Origin: a virus
Lineage: Duplodnaviria; Caudoviricetes
Length of the DNA stretch: 64,000 nt
IMG/VR virus record: IMGVR_UViG_3300026549_000064
Location: 1-64,000 of that record
Reading direction: 5' to 3' (one strand)
A program made the position numbers and the translations under genes. Position 1 is the stretch's first letter. The number at the start of each line of letters is the position of its first letter. The notes beneath the pieces are model-generated. The model had not been told where the DNA came from, searched no databases, and worked only from the letters and a program-made list of their open reading frames with translations. Of the stretch, positions 16,459-26,177 are shown one piece after another.

Positions 16459-18606
16459 ATGGATTCTTCTATGTTTTTCTGGCCTTTCAAAAATAGCACG
16501 AGTACTGCTGACGAGGATGTTAGCAGAAGTGTTTCTGGCCCGTTCGATTGGACTTATTGGAGAATGTTCGGCCAGCTTGATCTTATTCCTAGTGTTATAG
16601 AATCAGGCTCTAAAGTTTTGATCGGTGGAATAGATGCACGATCTCTTTACAATTTCATTAAAAGAAGATACAGTGCTGCAGGCTTTTTGTATAAGTTTTT
16701 CTCTTTAACTCCTGATAAGCATAGGCTTACTATTAGTAGATTCTTCGTACCTGAGCTTATTTATCTTCTGCAGGAAAATAAAAAGTTTTCTCCGCATGCC
16801 AGAAATGTAGATAAGATCATTAACCTGCTTATATCTAATACTTGGTATAAGAATACTCAGGTAGATGTTCCTTCCTCGCTGGATATGGATGTTATCAGTA
16901 GTCTAAAGAGACAGCCATTGCCTTATCAGCTAGAGTTTATTAAAGATGTATATTGGCAGAAGAAAACTCAGTTTTTATTGAAAGGATACTTACTTGGGTT
17001 TGAACCTGGTTTGGGTAAATCAGCAACTTCTATATTCCTTAAAGAAGGTCTACATAAGAAACACGCTGTGGTTATAGCTCCTAAATCAGTAACTATGAAT
17101 GTGTGGCCTACTGAGATAGCTGAGACAGTAGATGACTGTAAGATCTGGGTTATTGGTGATAGCGTTGACAATATAACCAGCGAGACTAATTATGTTGTTG
17201 TTAACTATGAAGCGATAGATAAGATTAAAGATGCTGTTAGACGTAGATTTGATCTTAAATCGTTTATGATTATTGTCGACGAGTGTCATAACTTTAAGGA
17301 TATAGATTCACTACGCACAAGGCAGCTGATAGATTTAGCTACATCGACTAACTGCCAGGATATATTGCTGATGTCGGGTACTCCTATCAAGGCTCTTGGT
17401 ACAGAATGTATACCTATCTTAGAGTTACTTGATACGATGTGGAGTTTTAACTTACGAAACATGTTCAAAAAATTAAACAGATATCCTTCAGTTATGAACG
17501 AACTGCTTCATAACCGTTTAGGTCTGTTGATGTTTCGTAAGCGTAAAGAAGAAGTGCTTCATTTACCTGATAAGATAGAAAATGATTTGCTGATCAAAAT
17601 ACCAGATGGTAAGAAATACACCGTAGACGAAGTTAAGAAAGCCTGTAAAGAGTATGCAGCTGAACGTTCTGCTTACTATAAGCAGAATTATGATAGATAT
17701 GAGAAAGCATTTTTAGATATACTAGATTACTACGAGGCAAATCTATTGCCCGAAGCTGAGAAAAAAGAATTCGAAAGATATAAGAGTGATTTGAAGTTTA
17801 TTAAGGGTGGTAAGATATCGTCTGGTCTAGAAATCGGTAACGATATGCGAATAACTATCGAAGCTGTTAACAAGTATGATCACGACGTACTTATACCTAG
17901 ACTACCGAACCACATGAAGAAAGTATTTAAGGATTCACGTACGGTGTATAAGTATGTTACCCTTAAAGTTATGGGTGAGGTAATCGGTAACTTACTCAAT
18001 AAATTAAGGCAGGAGATGACCAGTGCGCTCATCGGCAAAGAAGTGATAGATATTATCAAAGGAGCAGCCAAGAAAACTATACTGTTTTCTGATTATACTG
18101 ATTCACTTCATGATGCGTATACCAAGTGCGTTAATGAAGGACTTAAACCAATGCTTATAACTGGCGAAAATTCTAACCAGGCTAAAGAGCTGGTTGCAAC
18201 GTTTAAGCAAGATCCTTCGCTTAATCCCTTGATAGCAAGTATCAAGTGTATGTCTACCGGGCATACTATCAATGAGGCCAATACAGTTATCTTCCTTAAT
18301 GTACCTTATAGATCTACTGATTACGAGCAGGCATCTGATCGTTGCTACCGTATAGGACAGGATACTGCTGTATATGTGTACAGATTATTGCTGGATACTA
18401 AGCCTGATAGTAACTTATCTACTCGTATGAATGATATACTGAAATGGTCTAAAGAACAGTTTGGGCAGATAGTCGATGGCATACCTCAGGATGCTGAAGT
18501 TAATGTAATGATACGAAATATCATGAATAGTAACTCGTTCGAATTACTGGATATAGCTAAAGATTTAGTTAACACCGTTGCTTCTAAACTTAGAAATTTA
18601 TTCTAA
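16459..18606 (+). CDS. SNF2/SF2 helicase
   Basis: EPGLGKS (Walker A), IVDECH, SGTP, QASDRCYRIGQ. Confidence 0.93.
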   Translation: MDSSMFFWPFKNSTSTADEDVSRSVSGPFDWTYWRMFGQLDLIPSVIESGSKVLIGGIDARSLYNFIKRRYSAAGFLYKFFSLTPDKHRLTISRFFVPELIYLLQENKKFSPHARNVDKIINLLISNTWYKNTQVDVPSSLDMDVISSLKRQPLPYQLEFIKDVYWQKKTQFLLKGYLLGFEPGLGKSATSIFLKEGLHKKHAVVIAPKSVTMNVWPTEIAETVDDCKIWVIGDSVDNITSETNYVVVNYEAIDKIKDAVRRRFDLKSFMIIVDECHNFKDIDSLRTRQLIDLATSTNCQDILLMSGTPIKALGTECIPILELLDTMWSFNLRNMFKKLNRYPSVMNELLHNRLGLLMFRKRKEEVLHLPDKIENDLLIKIPDGKKYTVDEVKKACKEYAAERSAYYKQNYDRYEKAFLDILDYYEANLLPEAEKKEFERYKSDLKFIKGGKISSGLEIGNDMRITIEAVNKYDHDVLIPRLPNHMKKVFKDSRTVYKYVTLKVMGEVIGNLLNKLRQEMTSALIGKEVIDIIKGAAKKTILFSDYTDSLHDAYTKCVNEGLKPMLITGENSNQAKELVATFKQDPSLNPLIASIKCMSTGHTINEANTVIFLNVPYRSTDYEQASDRCYRIGQDTAVYVYRLLLDTKPDSNLSTRMNDILKWSKEQFGQIVDGIPQDAEVNVMIRNIMNSNSFELLDIAKDLVNTVASKLRNLF

Positions 18607-18650
18607 AATAAAAAAAAAGAAACCCAGAGCCTAAAGCTCTGGGTTTGGGG

Positions 18651-19271
18651 TTAGGCGAGGTGCTCAATCCATGCTTGGACTAGGTGCTTGCCGATTGCCC
18701 CAGTGAGATTCACTAGGGTACTCAGCGATTTTACTTTCACCATCGCCCATTTACAAGACATGGGTTTTGAGATTCCAGCATCCCATATCCCGGTTTTGTT
18801 AAATTTCCGGACTCTTCTGATTCTATCCAGGTTGTCCGATATTTCGCCGTCGATAATATTATTAACGGCAGATTCAGCGAGATCTCGTATGAGGTCCTCT
18901 CCGAATCCTCTTTTCACAGCTTCCCAATCGGCCGCGACCTCATCGGTTCTGGCGATAGGCAAACTGTGCGAATCTATTCCGTCCCACTCAGGACCAAAAT
19001 CCTTATGGGCTTCTTCTTTCCGAATATGGCCAATTTCATGCCATATTGTCCAAGCTTCCCTAAAGGTGCCTGGAATCTTTTTTCCTACAACTATTACCTT
19101 GAAATACCATAGCGTGTAGGCGAGCGTATTTTGCCACTCATTATCGAATTCTGCAACAAATATATCGTTCTTGTATTTCTCACTTAATTCTTTATTATAT
19201 TTTACTCTTTTTACTCCATCGTTTGTCTCTTTTACATACCTTTCGAAAAATTTCCTGTCGGTCCTATTCAT
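18651..19271 (-). CDS. HExxH zinc metallopeptidase-like protein behind an early promoter
   Basis: IWHEIGH ... DEVAADWEAVKRGFG. Confidence 0.7.
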   Translation of the reverse strand: MNRTDRKFFERYVKETNDGVKRVKYNKELSEKYKNDIFVAEFDNEWQNTLAYTLWYFKVIVVGKKIPGTFREAWTIWHEIGHIRKEEAHKDFGPEWDGIDSHSLPIARTDEVAADWEAVKRGFGEDLIRDLAESAVNNIIDGEISDNLDRIRRVRKFNKTGIWDAGISKPMSCKWAMVKVKSLSTLVNLTGAIGKHLVQAWIEHLA

Positions 19272-19363
19272 AAAGTCTCCTTGCTCTTTCGAGCTTAATT
19301 AAGTTTGAGTCCACACTAGACCAGAGGCTCGTTAGAGCTTAGCTAGTACGGTACTACACGCGG

Positions 19364-19372
19364 GTAATATAT
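19364..19372 (-). promoter_or_regulatory. Putative early promoter ATATATTAC
   Basis: gtaatatat on +, ~95 nt upstream of ATG 19271. Confidence 0.65.
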
Positions 19373-19395
19373 GGATATTTTTTTTTGATAGACGC

Positions 19396-19431
19396 TAGTC
19401 AAGCTGTCCTCCTAGGAGGACAGCTTGACTA
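19396..19431. terminator. 36-bp perfect palindrome at a gene boundary
   Basis: tagtcaagctgtcctcct|aggaggacagcttgacta. Confidence 0.7.
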
Positions 19432-19456
19432 TTTGTTTGAATGAAAGATAGACTAA

Positions 19457-20404
19457 CTAGAAATTTTTATCGTGCAGATCTTTGAAATCCCAATCTTTTT
19501 CTTCTGGTTTACCAGTGACTTTAATTTTGACAGATGAATCCTTACTTTCTGTTTTAGGTGCGGGAGTATCTCCATTCTTAACATCATCTATATATTGCTT
19601 AGTTTCATTGGCGATAAAATTGAGTGTGGTAAAGTAAGCACGGGCTTGTGTATGGTTAAGCTTCTTTGTCCACTCATTAAAATACCGCTGCTGTATCTTG
19701 AGTCTTTCTTGTAATTCAGCGTCTTTCCCACAGCCGGATGCTACGTTATTAGGATCGATTTTAAGTAATCCTTTCTTAGCATCGTTCCAGATATTTATAG
19801 CTGATTTATATGCATCAGAGTTGCATTTGCGTTTGCGATCTTGAAGATTGCAATCAAAAACATGCCCTATGCCATCTAGTACATATATCTTCTCAGCAGC
19901 AAAACAAAGTAGTTGTGATTCTGGATCATCGAAAGGCTTTCTATAGATAACTGTCTGCAGCATTTTGATAACTGTTTCATCATTAGCTTTAGCAGTTTTA
20001 CTCTCTGTTATTGCGTACATGGCTGTGATCTTAGCGTCTTCAATAGCGTTTCTTGTTTTCCGATTGATGACGTTAACGTATTCGTCCCATGCCGCTGATG
20101 CGTCTGGATGATGCCACTTCGGTCTTATTCTGCAATTCTCAGCGAAGATTTCAAGAATATCTTCATCAATGTAACGATAATCTGATTCGTCATCGTCAAT
20201 ATCATCATCGTCAATATCGGCAACTTCGTCATCGTCAATATCGTCATTGTAATACATGGTCTGTGCCATAGTCAGAACCATGCCGTGATACGCTTGCTGT
20301 GCTATTCTTTTAGCAGTTCTTCTAGCAGAAGCTTGACGCTGGGCACTGCGCTCGTCGTCTGCACCATATTTGATGTACTCGTTATTCTCGTCAGTGTTTT
20401 CCAT
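19457..20404 (-). CDS. Hypothetical protein with a DIDDD acidic tract
   Basis: 315-aa ORF, SD AGAGG. Confidence 0.8.
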   Translation of the reverse strand: MENTDENNEYIKYGADDERSAQRQASARRTAKRIAQQAYHGMVLTMAQTMYYNDDIDDDEVADIDDDDIDDDESDYRYIDEDILEIFAENCRIRPKWHHPDASAAWDEYVNVINRKTRNAIEDAKITAMYAITESKTAKANDETVIKMLQTVIYRKPFDDPESQLLCFAAEKIYVLDGIGHVFDCNLQDRKRKCNSDAYKSAINIWNDAKKGLLKIDPNNVASGCGKDAELQERLKIQQRYFNEWTKKLNHTQARAYFTTLNFIANETKQYIDDVKNGDTPAPKTESKDSSVKIKVTGKPEEKDWDFKDLHDKNF

Positions 20405-20407
20405 AGA

Positions 20408-21040
20408 TTACCTCTTTAGAAATGGAAGAAAGGGATTGTCATCCAGTTTAGCATTTTCCCAAATTTCCTTAGCTCTTTCTTCAGCGTATTTGTGGCATGA
20501 TTCCGAAAATTCTCTTATATCCTTATCATACCGATTGTACCAATCAGTGTAGTAGCTAACGTAGTGTAATTTAACTAAATAGCATCTTATTTTTGATTCA
20601 GTGCTTGAGAAAGGCATGGAGTAAATACGTTGTATGATGAGGCCAATCATATCTTTTTCTGTTGGTTTTGGTTCAGTACAAGTATTTACATATTCATGAA
20701 GAAATGTAGTAATATCTTTTTCAGCGTCTTTCATTAAAACTTTCATAAGCCGCTGATATTCTTCCATTACTTCTTCTGGTTTTGGTGGTTCTCTTATTTC
20801 CAAATCACGTAGCATTTCGCTAACAATTTCGTCTTTGATACGTTCTTTATATTCGGATTGTACAATACCTTCGAATTTGAGTTTATCCATAACTGTTCTA
20901 AGAACGTAACGGCTAGCATTATCATTGCCGCCGCAGCCAGGAATTAATTTACGTAATTCGATAGATTTATTGCACGCTTCTTCAATCGTTTTTTCTATGA
21001 AATTGTTAACAATTTTAACGTGATCTCTTTTGTCTTTCAT
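20408..21040 (-). CDS. Hypothetical helical protein
   Basis: 210-aa ORF, SD AGGAGG, early motif at 21165. Confidence 0.8.
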   Translation of the reverse strand: MKDKRDHVKIVNNFIEKTIEEACNKSIELRKLIPGCGGNDNASRYVLRTVMDKLKFEGIVQSEYKERIKDEIVSEMLRDLEIREPPKPEEVMEEYQRLMKVLMKDAEKDITTFLHEYVNTCTEPKPTEKDMIGLIIQRIYSMPFSSTESKIRCYLVKLHYVSYYTDWYNRYDKDIREFSESCHKYAEERAKEIWENAKLDDNPFLPFLKR

Positions 21041-21164
21041 TGTTAAACCCTCCTACTAAAGTTCTATAAAAAAGAAGAATTAAATAATAAAGTAGGTAGA
21101 CCTTAGCGTCTATCATAACTCTCTCCCTGTTATACAGTTGTAAAGTTACAACTATCACACATTA

Positions 21165-21174
21165 GTAATATATA
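21165..21174 (-). promoter_or_regulatory. Putative early promoter TATATATTAC
   Basis: agtaatatataaatatta is shared exactly with the 23244 site. Confidence 0.7.
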
Positions 21175-21266
21175 AATATTACTATGGAAAAAATGATGAA
21201 CTTTTGAGATAAAAGAGTACTGGCCTGCAGGCCAGTACTCTACACAGTTGAAGATTATACTAACAG

Positions 21267-21815
21267 TTACTTGTGGTAATGCTCATAGAGATCTTTGGCA
21301 CAGCAATACATGAACTTTAGTAATTCCGCTTTGAATTTCTCTACCCTGATTCTGAATCCCATCTCGTCGTTGTTTAGTTTGAATACGCACTCAGCACTCC
21401 GATAGGCTCCTTCAAGAAGGTCATCATTGATTAGCTCATTGTACATAGCGTGTTGAAGAACCTCGATGATTTTGTCAGGATCGCCGTAATGGTCATAAGT
21501 TCTTCCGCGGACACGCGATATACCTTTCGCGAGATAATCAGAGAGGATCCATACAGTCATCTCGTAATACTCTCCGAGGTACCACCGACAAGCACCACGC
21601 TTTTCATATTCTTCGGGGATACTATCGATAGTTTCTGCTATGACGTCTCTTAAACCATCTTTGTGTACGTCTATTAGACGAAAGGTAGTGTTCATTTCTT
21701 CTTCTACCCTAGCTATCCCTTCGTGTAGGGCTTTCGCAAGACGATCTACTGCACCCGAAAGTTGATCATTAGATTTTTCAGGTGCAGGAAGTTCTGTTGT
21801 TTCCTTTTCATCCAT
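21267..21815 (-). CDS. Hypothetical protein
   Basis: 182-aa ORF, stop/start overlap with the upstream gene. Confidence 0.8.
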   Translation of the reverse strand: MDEKETTELPAPEKSNDQLSGAVDRLAKALHEGIARVEEEMNTTFRLIDVHKDGLRDVIAETIDSIPEEYEKRGACRWYLGEYYEMTVWILSDYLAKGISRVRGRTYDHYGDPDKIIEVLQHAMYNELINDDLLEGAYRSAECVFKLNNDEMGFRIRVEKFKAELLKFMYCCAKDLYEHYHK

Positions 21816-22411
21816 TATTTCGTACCTCCGTAAAACTTTTCCCAGATCTGCATATCGTTCTTGTAGTTCAGTTCTGCGTTTAGTCCTTCCAGCTGGGCAA
21901 AGAATAGGATTCCTTTGCCTACCTTGTCATAAGCTTTGCATGTTTTCTTGAGAGCATGCCACACTTCATCTGCATACCAAAATAAGTGGCTGTCCTCGAT
22001 GCTGAGCTTAAATAAATAGTCCCGCTGCGACTCAAGCTTAAATTCGCTTATCCAGCTCTGAAGATGTTCTTCAGATTTACGCCAGCTAGCTAATTTGCTA
22101 GTTGCGATATCTTCAAACGCTTCCCAATCTTCAAGATGTTTATCGAGACGCTTGACGTTAGAATCAGTTATAGAAGTTACTGATTCTTTCGCAGCTTTTT
22201 TCCAAGCCATTGTCTTGTAGTAAAACAGCTTATCATCATCGATAAGCTGCTTACCGTTGAACGTAAAACAGTTGGGGCCTGACATAAATGCTTTCTCAGT
22301 CCCTCCCTGCAGTTTGTATTCTCTAGCCTGGCTATCGAAAGCTTTGATAGCCATTTTCTTAAGCCAAGCGTCTTTCTTCTTGACTTCAAGCATTTTTCTC
22401 GTACTGCTCAT
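21815..22411 (-). CDS. Hypothetical protein
   Basis: 198-aa ORF, SD AAGGAG. Confidence 0.8.
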   Translation of the reverse strand: MSSTRKMLEVKKKDAWLKKMAIKAFDSQAREYKLQGGTEKAFMSGPNCFTFNGKQLIDDDKLFYYKTMAWKKAAKESVTSITDSNVKRLDKHLEDWEAFEDIATSKLASWRKSEEHLQSWISEFKLESQRDYLFKLSIEDSHLFWYADEVWHALKKTCKAYDKVGKGILFFAQLEGLNAELNYKNDMQIWEKFYGGTK

Positions 22412-22420
22412 GTTAACTCC

Positions 22421-23215
22421 TTAAACGAACTCACATTCGTTTTGAAAAACAACAAGATGCTCATGATCATCCCAAATACGATTGGCACCTATTCTTCCGA
22501 ATAGGTCGATGGTTACAATATCTTCTTCCCCAAAGGTAATAGATTTGATTTTCCAATACACCCGGGTGAAATTACCGTTACTGCAAGCTAGCGTATAATA
22601 CAGCGTTCTATCACGACAGTTAATGTGATATTTATCTATACGCCTAATTTGTTCTTCTTGAGTTACTGCATACTTCTTAACAAGATGTTCAAGACAGTGA
22701 GCACGCATTGGTAAATCGGCATTGTGCGCGCAAAACATTACATCGTCTTTTAACGCATTCCATATACGTTTGAATCTTTTTGCTAAAATTTTTCCATACC
22801 CGCAATAGAGAGCGTGGATATCAGCTTTTCCTTCATCCGGAGCAATAAGTGCATAAGCGTGTGGGTGATCTACTTTAAGCCTTTTTTCTGTTCCTAGTAT
22901 ATATTGCTGGGCGTGCCCAAATTCATGGCAGATAGTAGCTCCAAGTTCGTCAAATGCTTCGCGGTTGGTAAAATCAAGAACAGTACCTATTACGTGAATA
23001 GTAACAAGTACTGTTTTCTGCCCGGTTGAATCTTTTTTGCAAATCCCTGCACCTTCAAATCCATAGCTGATAGCGCTGAGCCCGTCAGAAGCTATTGCCG
23101 GCTGCATAATTACCTGAAATTGCTTAACTCTACTAGTGGGAAATGGATCGGTGATGAGGCACTTCTGGCCGATGGGTGCCTCGATGAGCTTTTGCAGCTC
23201 AGTTTTATTTAGCAT
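22421..23215 (-). CDS. Second HExxH metallopeptidase-like protein
   Basis: ICHEFGH ... DEGKADIHALYCGYG; SD AGGAGG; early motif at 23245. Confidence 0.7.
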   Translation of the reverse strand: MLNKTELQKLIEAPIGQKCLITDPFPTSRVKQFQVIMQPAIASDGLSAISYGFEGAGICKKDSTGQKTVLVTIHVIGTVLDFTNREAFDELGATICHEFGHAQQYILGTEKRLKVDHPHAYALIAPDEGKADIHALYCGYGKILAKRFKRIWNALKDDVMFCAHNADLPMRAHCLEHLVKKYAVTQEEQIRRIDKYHINCRDRTLYYTLACSNGNFTRVYWKIKSITFGEEDIVTIDLFGRIGANRIWDDHEHLVVFQNECEFV

Positions 23216-23244
23216 AAAACCTCCTAAATAAATTATGCGTAGTA

Positions 23245-23254
23245 GTAATATATA
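23245..23254 (-). promoter_or_regulatory. Putative early promoter TATATATTAC
   Basis: 30 nt upstream of ATG 23215. Confidence 0.7.
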
Positions 23255-23334
23255 AATATTATCGTTATGAAAAAAAAATAAACAGGGGAGTTTCAGCTTT
23301 TTGGCATCCCCTGTTTTTTGTTAGCTGGTTAGAG

Positions 23335-23745
23335 TTATCTCTGCCAGCCGAAATAATGATACAACTCACTAGTGAGGTATTCATTCTTCTTCTTCAGAAG
23401 AAGATCCCCACTTTTGTTATAAACAACAACAGTGTCCGCCCAGCTATGCTTGCTGGGTATGTACCTCCTTACAATGAGATTTGAAATTTCAGCATCCGAG
23501 AATACCTGGGGCTTACCGCCTTTGAGGCTATATCTGGCTTCTCCGTGACGGAGAAGCCAGCCATTCTCAGTGCGTATGTACGCACTGAGTTCGTAGCTCG
23601 CCCCGAAATTCGGGGCGAGCTCGATCGCGTTCCGGTCCTCCTGCCCTAAGGCAGTTACCACCGCTGCATTACGAACAATACGCGCTACGCGAGCGCGCAT
23701 GTGGTTGATTCTCTGGTAGCTGATAGGTCTTACAATTCTATCCAT
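23335..23745 (-). CDS. Basic hypothetical protein, duplicated copy A (136 aa)
   Basis: Start reassigned to MDRIVRP, which follows AAGGAG; paralogue at 32875-33288. Confidence 0.85.
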   Translation of the reverse strand: MDRIVRPISYQRINHMRARVARIVRNAAVVTALGQEDRNAIELAPNFGASYELSAYIRTENGWLLRHGEARYSLKGGKPQVFSDAEISNLIVRRYIPSKHSWADTVVVYNKSGDLLLKKKNEYLTSELYHYFGWQR

Positions 23746-23815
23746 AATAATTCTCCTTGCTCTTTCGAGCTTGATTAAAACTGACTTTCGGAACTTAATC
23801 CTATTTGCCACTTTA

Positions 23816-23825
23816 ATGATATATA
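23816..23825 (-). promoter_or_regulatory. Putative early promoter variant TATATATCAT
   Basis: Same variant at 33358, 39360 and 62743. Confidence 0.65.
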
Positions 23826-23871
23826 TATATAGAATTGACGAACAGGCATTGCATATGCAATGCCTGCCGGT

Positions 23872-24264
23872 TTAAGCTTTAAGCCATTTTTCTTTTTCAG
23901 TAGAATATTGGTATTTCTTTTGTATGGTTATTTCGTAGTTATAGGTAGCTGATACGATTTCTAAATCTGAATTTTCTTCAATCAATTTATTTAGGTACTG
24001 CTTAACAGTGCTGCTGAACCAAACTGATCCACCACTACGAAAATGACAAGGCTTGTAGCGCGGGTTACCGTTTCTGTCTTTGTAGCAGTTAGCATCTGAT
24101 TCCGTATTTAAGTGGCCTACGTGAAGTTCTGTAGCTTGACTATCCCAGGATGCTTCATCACGAGCTAAGCGATATTTCTTTGTTCCAGTCTGAAGAATAA
24201 TTTCAAATTTATAAGCTGAATCAATTAGCTGTTCAAGTTTCTTTTTACTTTTTTCACTTATCAT
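23872..24264 (-). CDS. Tandem paralogue family, member 3
   Basis: KKLEQLIDSA..FEIILQTG and LNKLIEENSDLEIVSATY shared with neighbours. Confidence 0.8.
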   Translation of the reverse strand: MISEKSKKKLEQLIDSAYKFEIILQTGTKKYRLARDEASWDSQATELHVGHLNTESDANCYKDRNGNPRYKPCHFRSGGSVWFSSTVKQYLNKLIEENSDLEIVSATYNYEITIQKKYQYSTEKEKWLKA

Positions 24265-24704
24265 ATTTCACACACCAGCTGCCAAGCATCAGCACTATGC
24301 CATCTCTTAGCGTGACAATCTTTGATCCATTTACCGGTAGAGATATCTAACCGATGATACGATTTCTTTAAGTAGTCGGCAGCCAGTACTTCTAAATCTG
24401 GTCTAGTTTGTATTAATAGAGTTAAATACTGTTTTAGTTCTTCGGTGCTTGGACTCCACAGCGACCTTCCGTTTAGATGGCAAGGTGATGTGTTCAGCCA
24501 ATGATTAGTTTCGTTTCTAAATCCGCTGTTAGGGCTAACATCAGTCCAAGATGCACTGTCGGATGTGGAGATCTCTCTATTGCCGACACGAAGTACACTA
24601 CGAGTGAAATAGAATCTTAAAGTACCACTGCTCAGTACAAGACCATAACTTCTAGCCGTTTCAAGTATCTTGTCAAGCTTAGCTATCATTTTTTTCTTTA
24701 GCAT
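24261..24704 (-). CDS. Tandem paralogue family, member 2
   Basis: KLDKILETA..YGLVLSSG and LTLLIQTRPDLEVLAADY. Confidence 0.8.
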   Translation of the reverse strand: MLKKKMIAKLDKILETARSYGLVLSSGTLRFYFTRSVLRVGNREISTSDSASWTDVSPNSGFRNETNHWLNTSPCHLNGRSLWSPSTEELKQYLTLLIQTRPDLEVLAADYLKKSYHRLDISTGKWIKDCHAKRWHSADAWQLVCEI

Positions 24705-25129
24705 ATTTCATCCTTCAGATTACTGCAATCTACTGCAAACCATTCGTTATTATCTTTTGAGAGATTGTAACGCTCGTAAGTTATTTTGGTGTAAGTTGCT
24801 GATTCTATTTCCAGGTCTGGCATGTCCTGAATTAACTTAGAGAGAGTATCTTTCAGCAAATCAGCAGGCCACGGACATATAAGATCACCGTTGATTCGAT
24901 AGGGCTTCCAATCAATTACTTTAAGTTTACCATAATTTCGTTTATAATACTGCTCGGGAGATGCTGCGACGACGTATGCTACGCTAGCAAAAATATACCC
25001 GCAGCAATCATCTAGATGTACAACTTTGTCAAATTTGAATTTAGTTATACCGCTTTTAAGTATGATACAGTAGCGATCCGCATGTTCAAATACCCAATCG
25101 AGCTTGTTTTCAGTTTCTTTATCTATCAT
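24698..25129 (-). CDS. Tandem paralogue family, member 1
   Basis: KLDWVFEHA..YCIILKSG and LSKLIQDMPDLEIESATY. Confidence 0.8.
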   Translation of the reverse strand: MIDKETENKLDWVFEHADRYCIILKSGITKFKFDKVVHLDDCCGYIFASVAYVVAASPEQYYKRNYGKLKVIDWKPYRINGDLICPWPADLLKDTLSKLIQDMPDLEIESATYTKITYERYNLSKDNNEWFAVDCSNLKDEIC

Positions 25130-25180
25130 GTATTACCTCTCTAGTTAAACTATATGAAAAAGTTAGTAAATATTAAAATA

Positions 25181-25214
25181 GGTAGACTCCGGAATACTCC
25201 GGAGTCTACCTATG
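25181..25214. terminator. Hairpin
   Basis: taggtagactccgga-atac-tccggagtctaccta. Confidence 0.7.
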
Positions 25215-25215
25215 A

Positions 25216-26175
25216 TTATGCAGCTGTGTCTTGAGCAGCTCCATTTATAGCGTATTGTAATCTAAGATAAGTTTTTACCAACGGGTTATCATTACGTTCA
25301 CGAAGCTTAGTGTGCGTTTTCTCGTAGGCCTCTACCGTAACACCAAGATGACCACAATCGCATATAGCTTCTTCAGGAGTAAATGCGGTGAACATATTGG
25401 CGTATGGATTTTCTCCGTAGTAATTTCCATCAGGAGCATCGAAGAAATTGGTATAGTAGCGTGGATCTACGTATAGCATGTACATAATGCTCAGTAGAGT
25501 TGCCCATTCTTTATAGTTGTAGCACACATCTGCTGATTTATATCTAATGCTACGTACGATACCAGTTAGTGTGTCGTATAATTGCGAAATAAGAAGCGGA
25601 ATGCTGCTAGCCGGACTAGCACGCCACTGGCTATTACGTTCATCTGCCTTGTAAGCTTCACGATTTCCACGAATAGCTACTTCAAAGACTTCTAGCTCAC
25701 GCATTATTCCTGTTTTAATTACAGGTTTACCGTTAAGTAGATCTTGAGTGGTAGTAACTAGTTCGTTGGAGAGATCTATGTTACTAGCTCTGGTTTTTAG
25801 CTCATTTAATACGTTATCAATAGATGCTGCGGTAGCTGCATCTAGTAGCACCGTATTCAGAAATCTATTGCCTTTACTGAAGGTAGCAGCTTGATCAAGT
25901 AATCTGTTGACAACACGATCTAGCTTCATCTTAATGAAGAGTGATAGTTCACGCTGATGAGTGCTGTAATACTGGTGGATGAGCTTAGGGTTATCTTTCC
26001 ACACAGTATTAAACATATTAGCGTATTGTGCCGCTATAAATAACGTAGTATTACGTATGTCAACCTGCTTAAGCAGTTCAATGAGAACGATATCTCGACA
26101 AATAGTTAAATTCTCGATACGTCCTCTACTGTTAACTGCTGAGTTGGCAGGTTTCATTACGTCAAAAATTTCCAT
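25216..26175 (-). CDS. Probable virion structural protein
   Basis: 319-aa ORF in a three-gene operon; structural role inferred from phiKZ-like gene order. Confidence 0.5.
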   Translation of the reverse strand: MEIFDVMKPANSAVNSRGRIENLTICRDIVLIELLKQVDIRNTTLFIAAQYANMFNTVWKDNPKLIHQYYSTHQRELSLFIKMKLDRVVNRLLDQAATFSKGNRFLNTVLLDAATAASIDNVLNELKTRASNIDLSNELVTTTQDLLNGKPVIKTGIMRELEVFEVAIRGNREAYKADERNSQWRASPASSIPLLISQLYDTLTGIVRSIRYKSADVCYNYKEWATLLSIMYMLYVDPRYYTNFFDAPDGNYYGENPYANMFTAFTPEEAICDCGHLGVTVEAYEKTHTKLRERNDNPLVKTYLRLQYAINGAAQDTAA

Positions 26176-26177
26176 AA

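Larger units (their letters stand above)
23270..23844 (-). repeat. Promoter-gene-terminator cassette, copy A (copy B at 32806-33388)
   Basis: Near-identical terminator, leader and upstream ATTGACGAACA; ORFs visibly similar throughout. Confidence 0.95.

Noticed and set aside
20190-20250. Short direct repeats CATCGTCAATATC
   Set aside because: They simply encode a DIDDD acidic tract within a CDS
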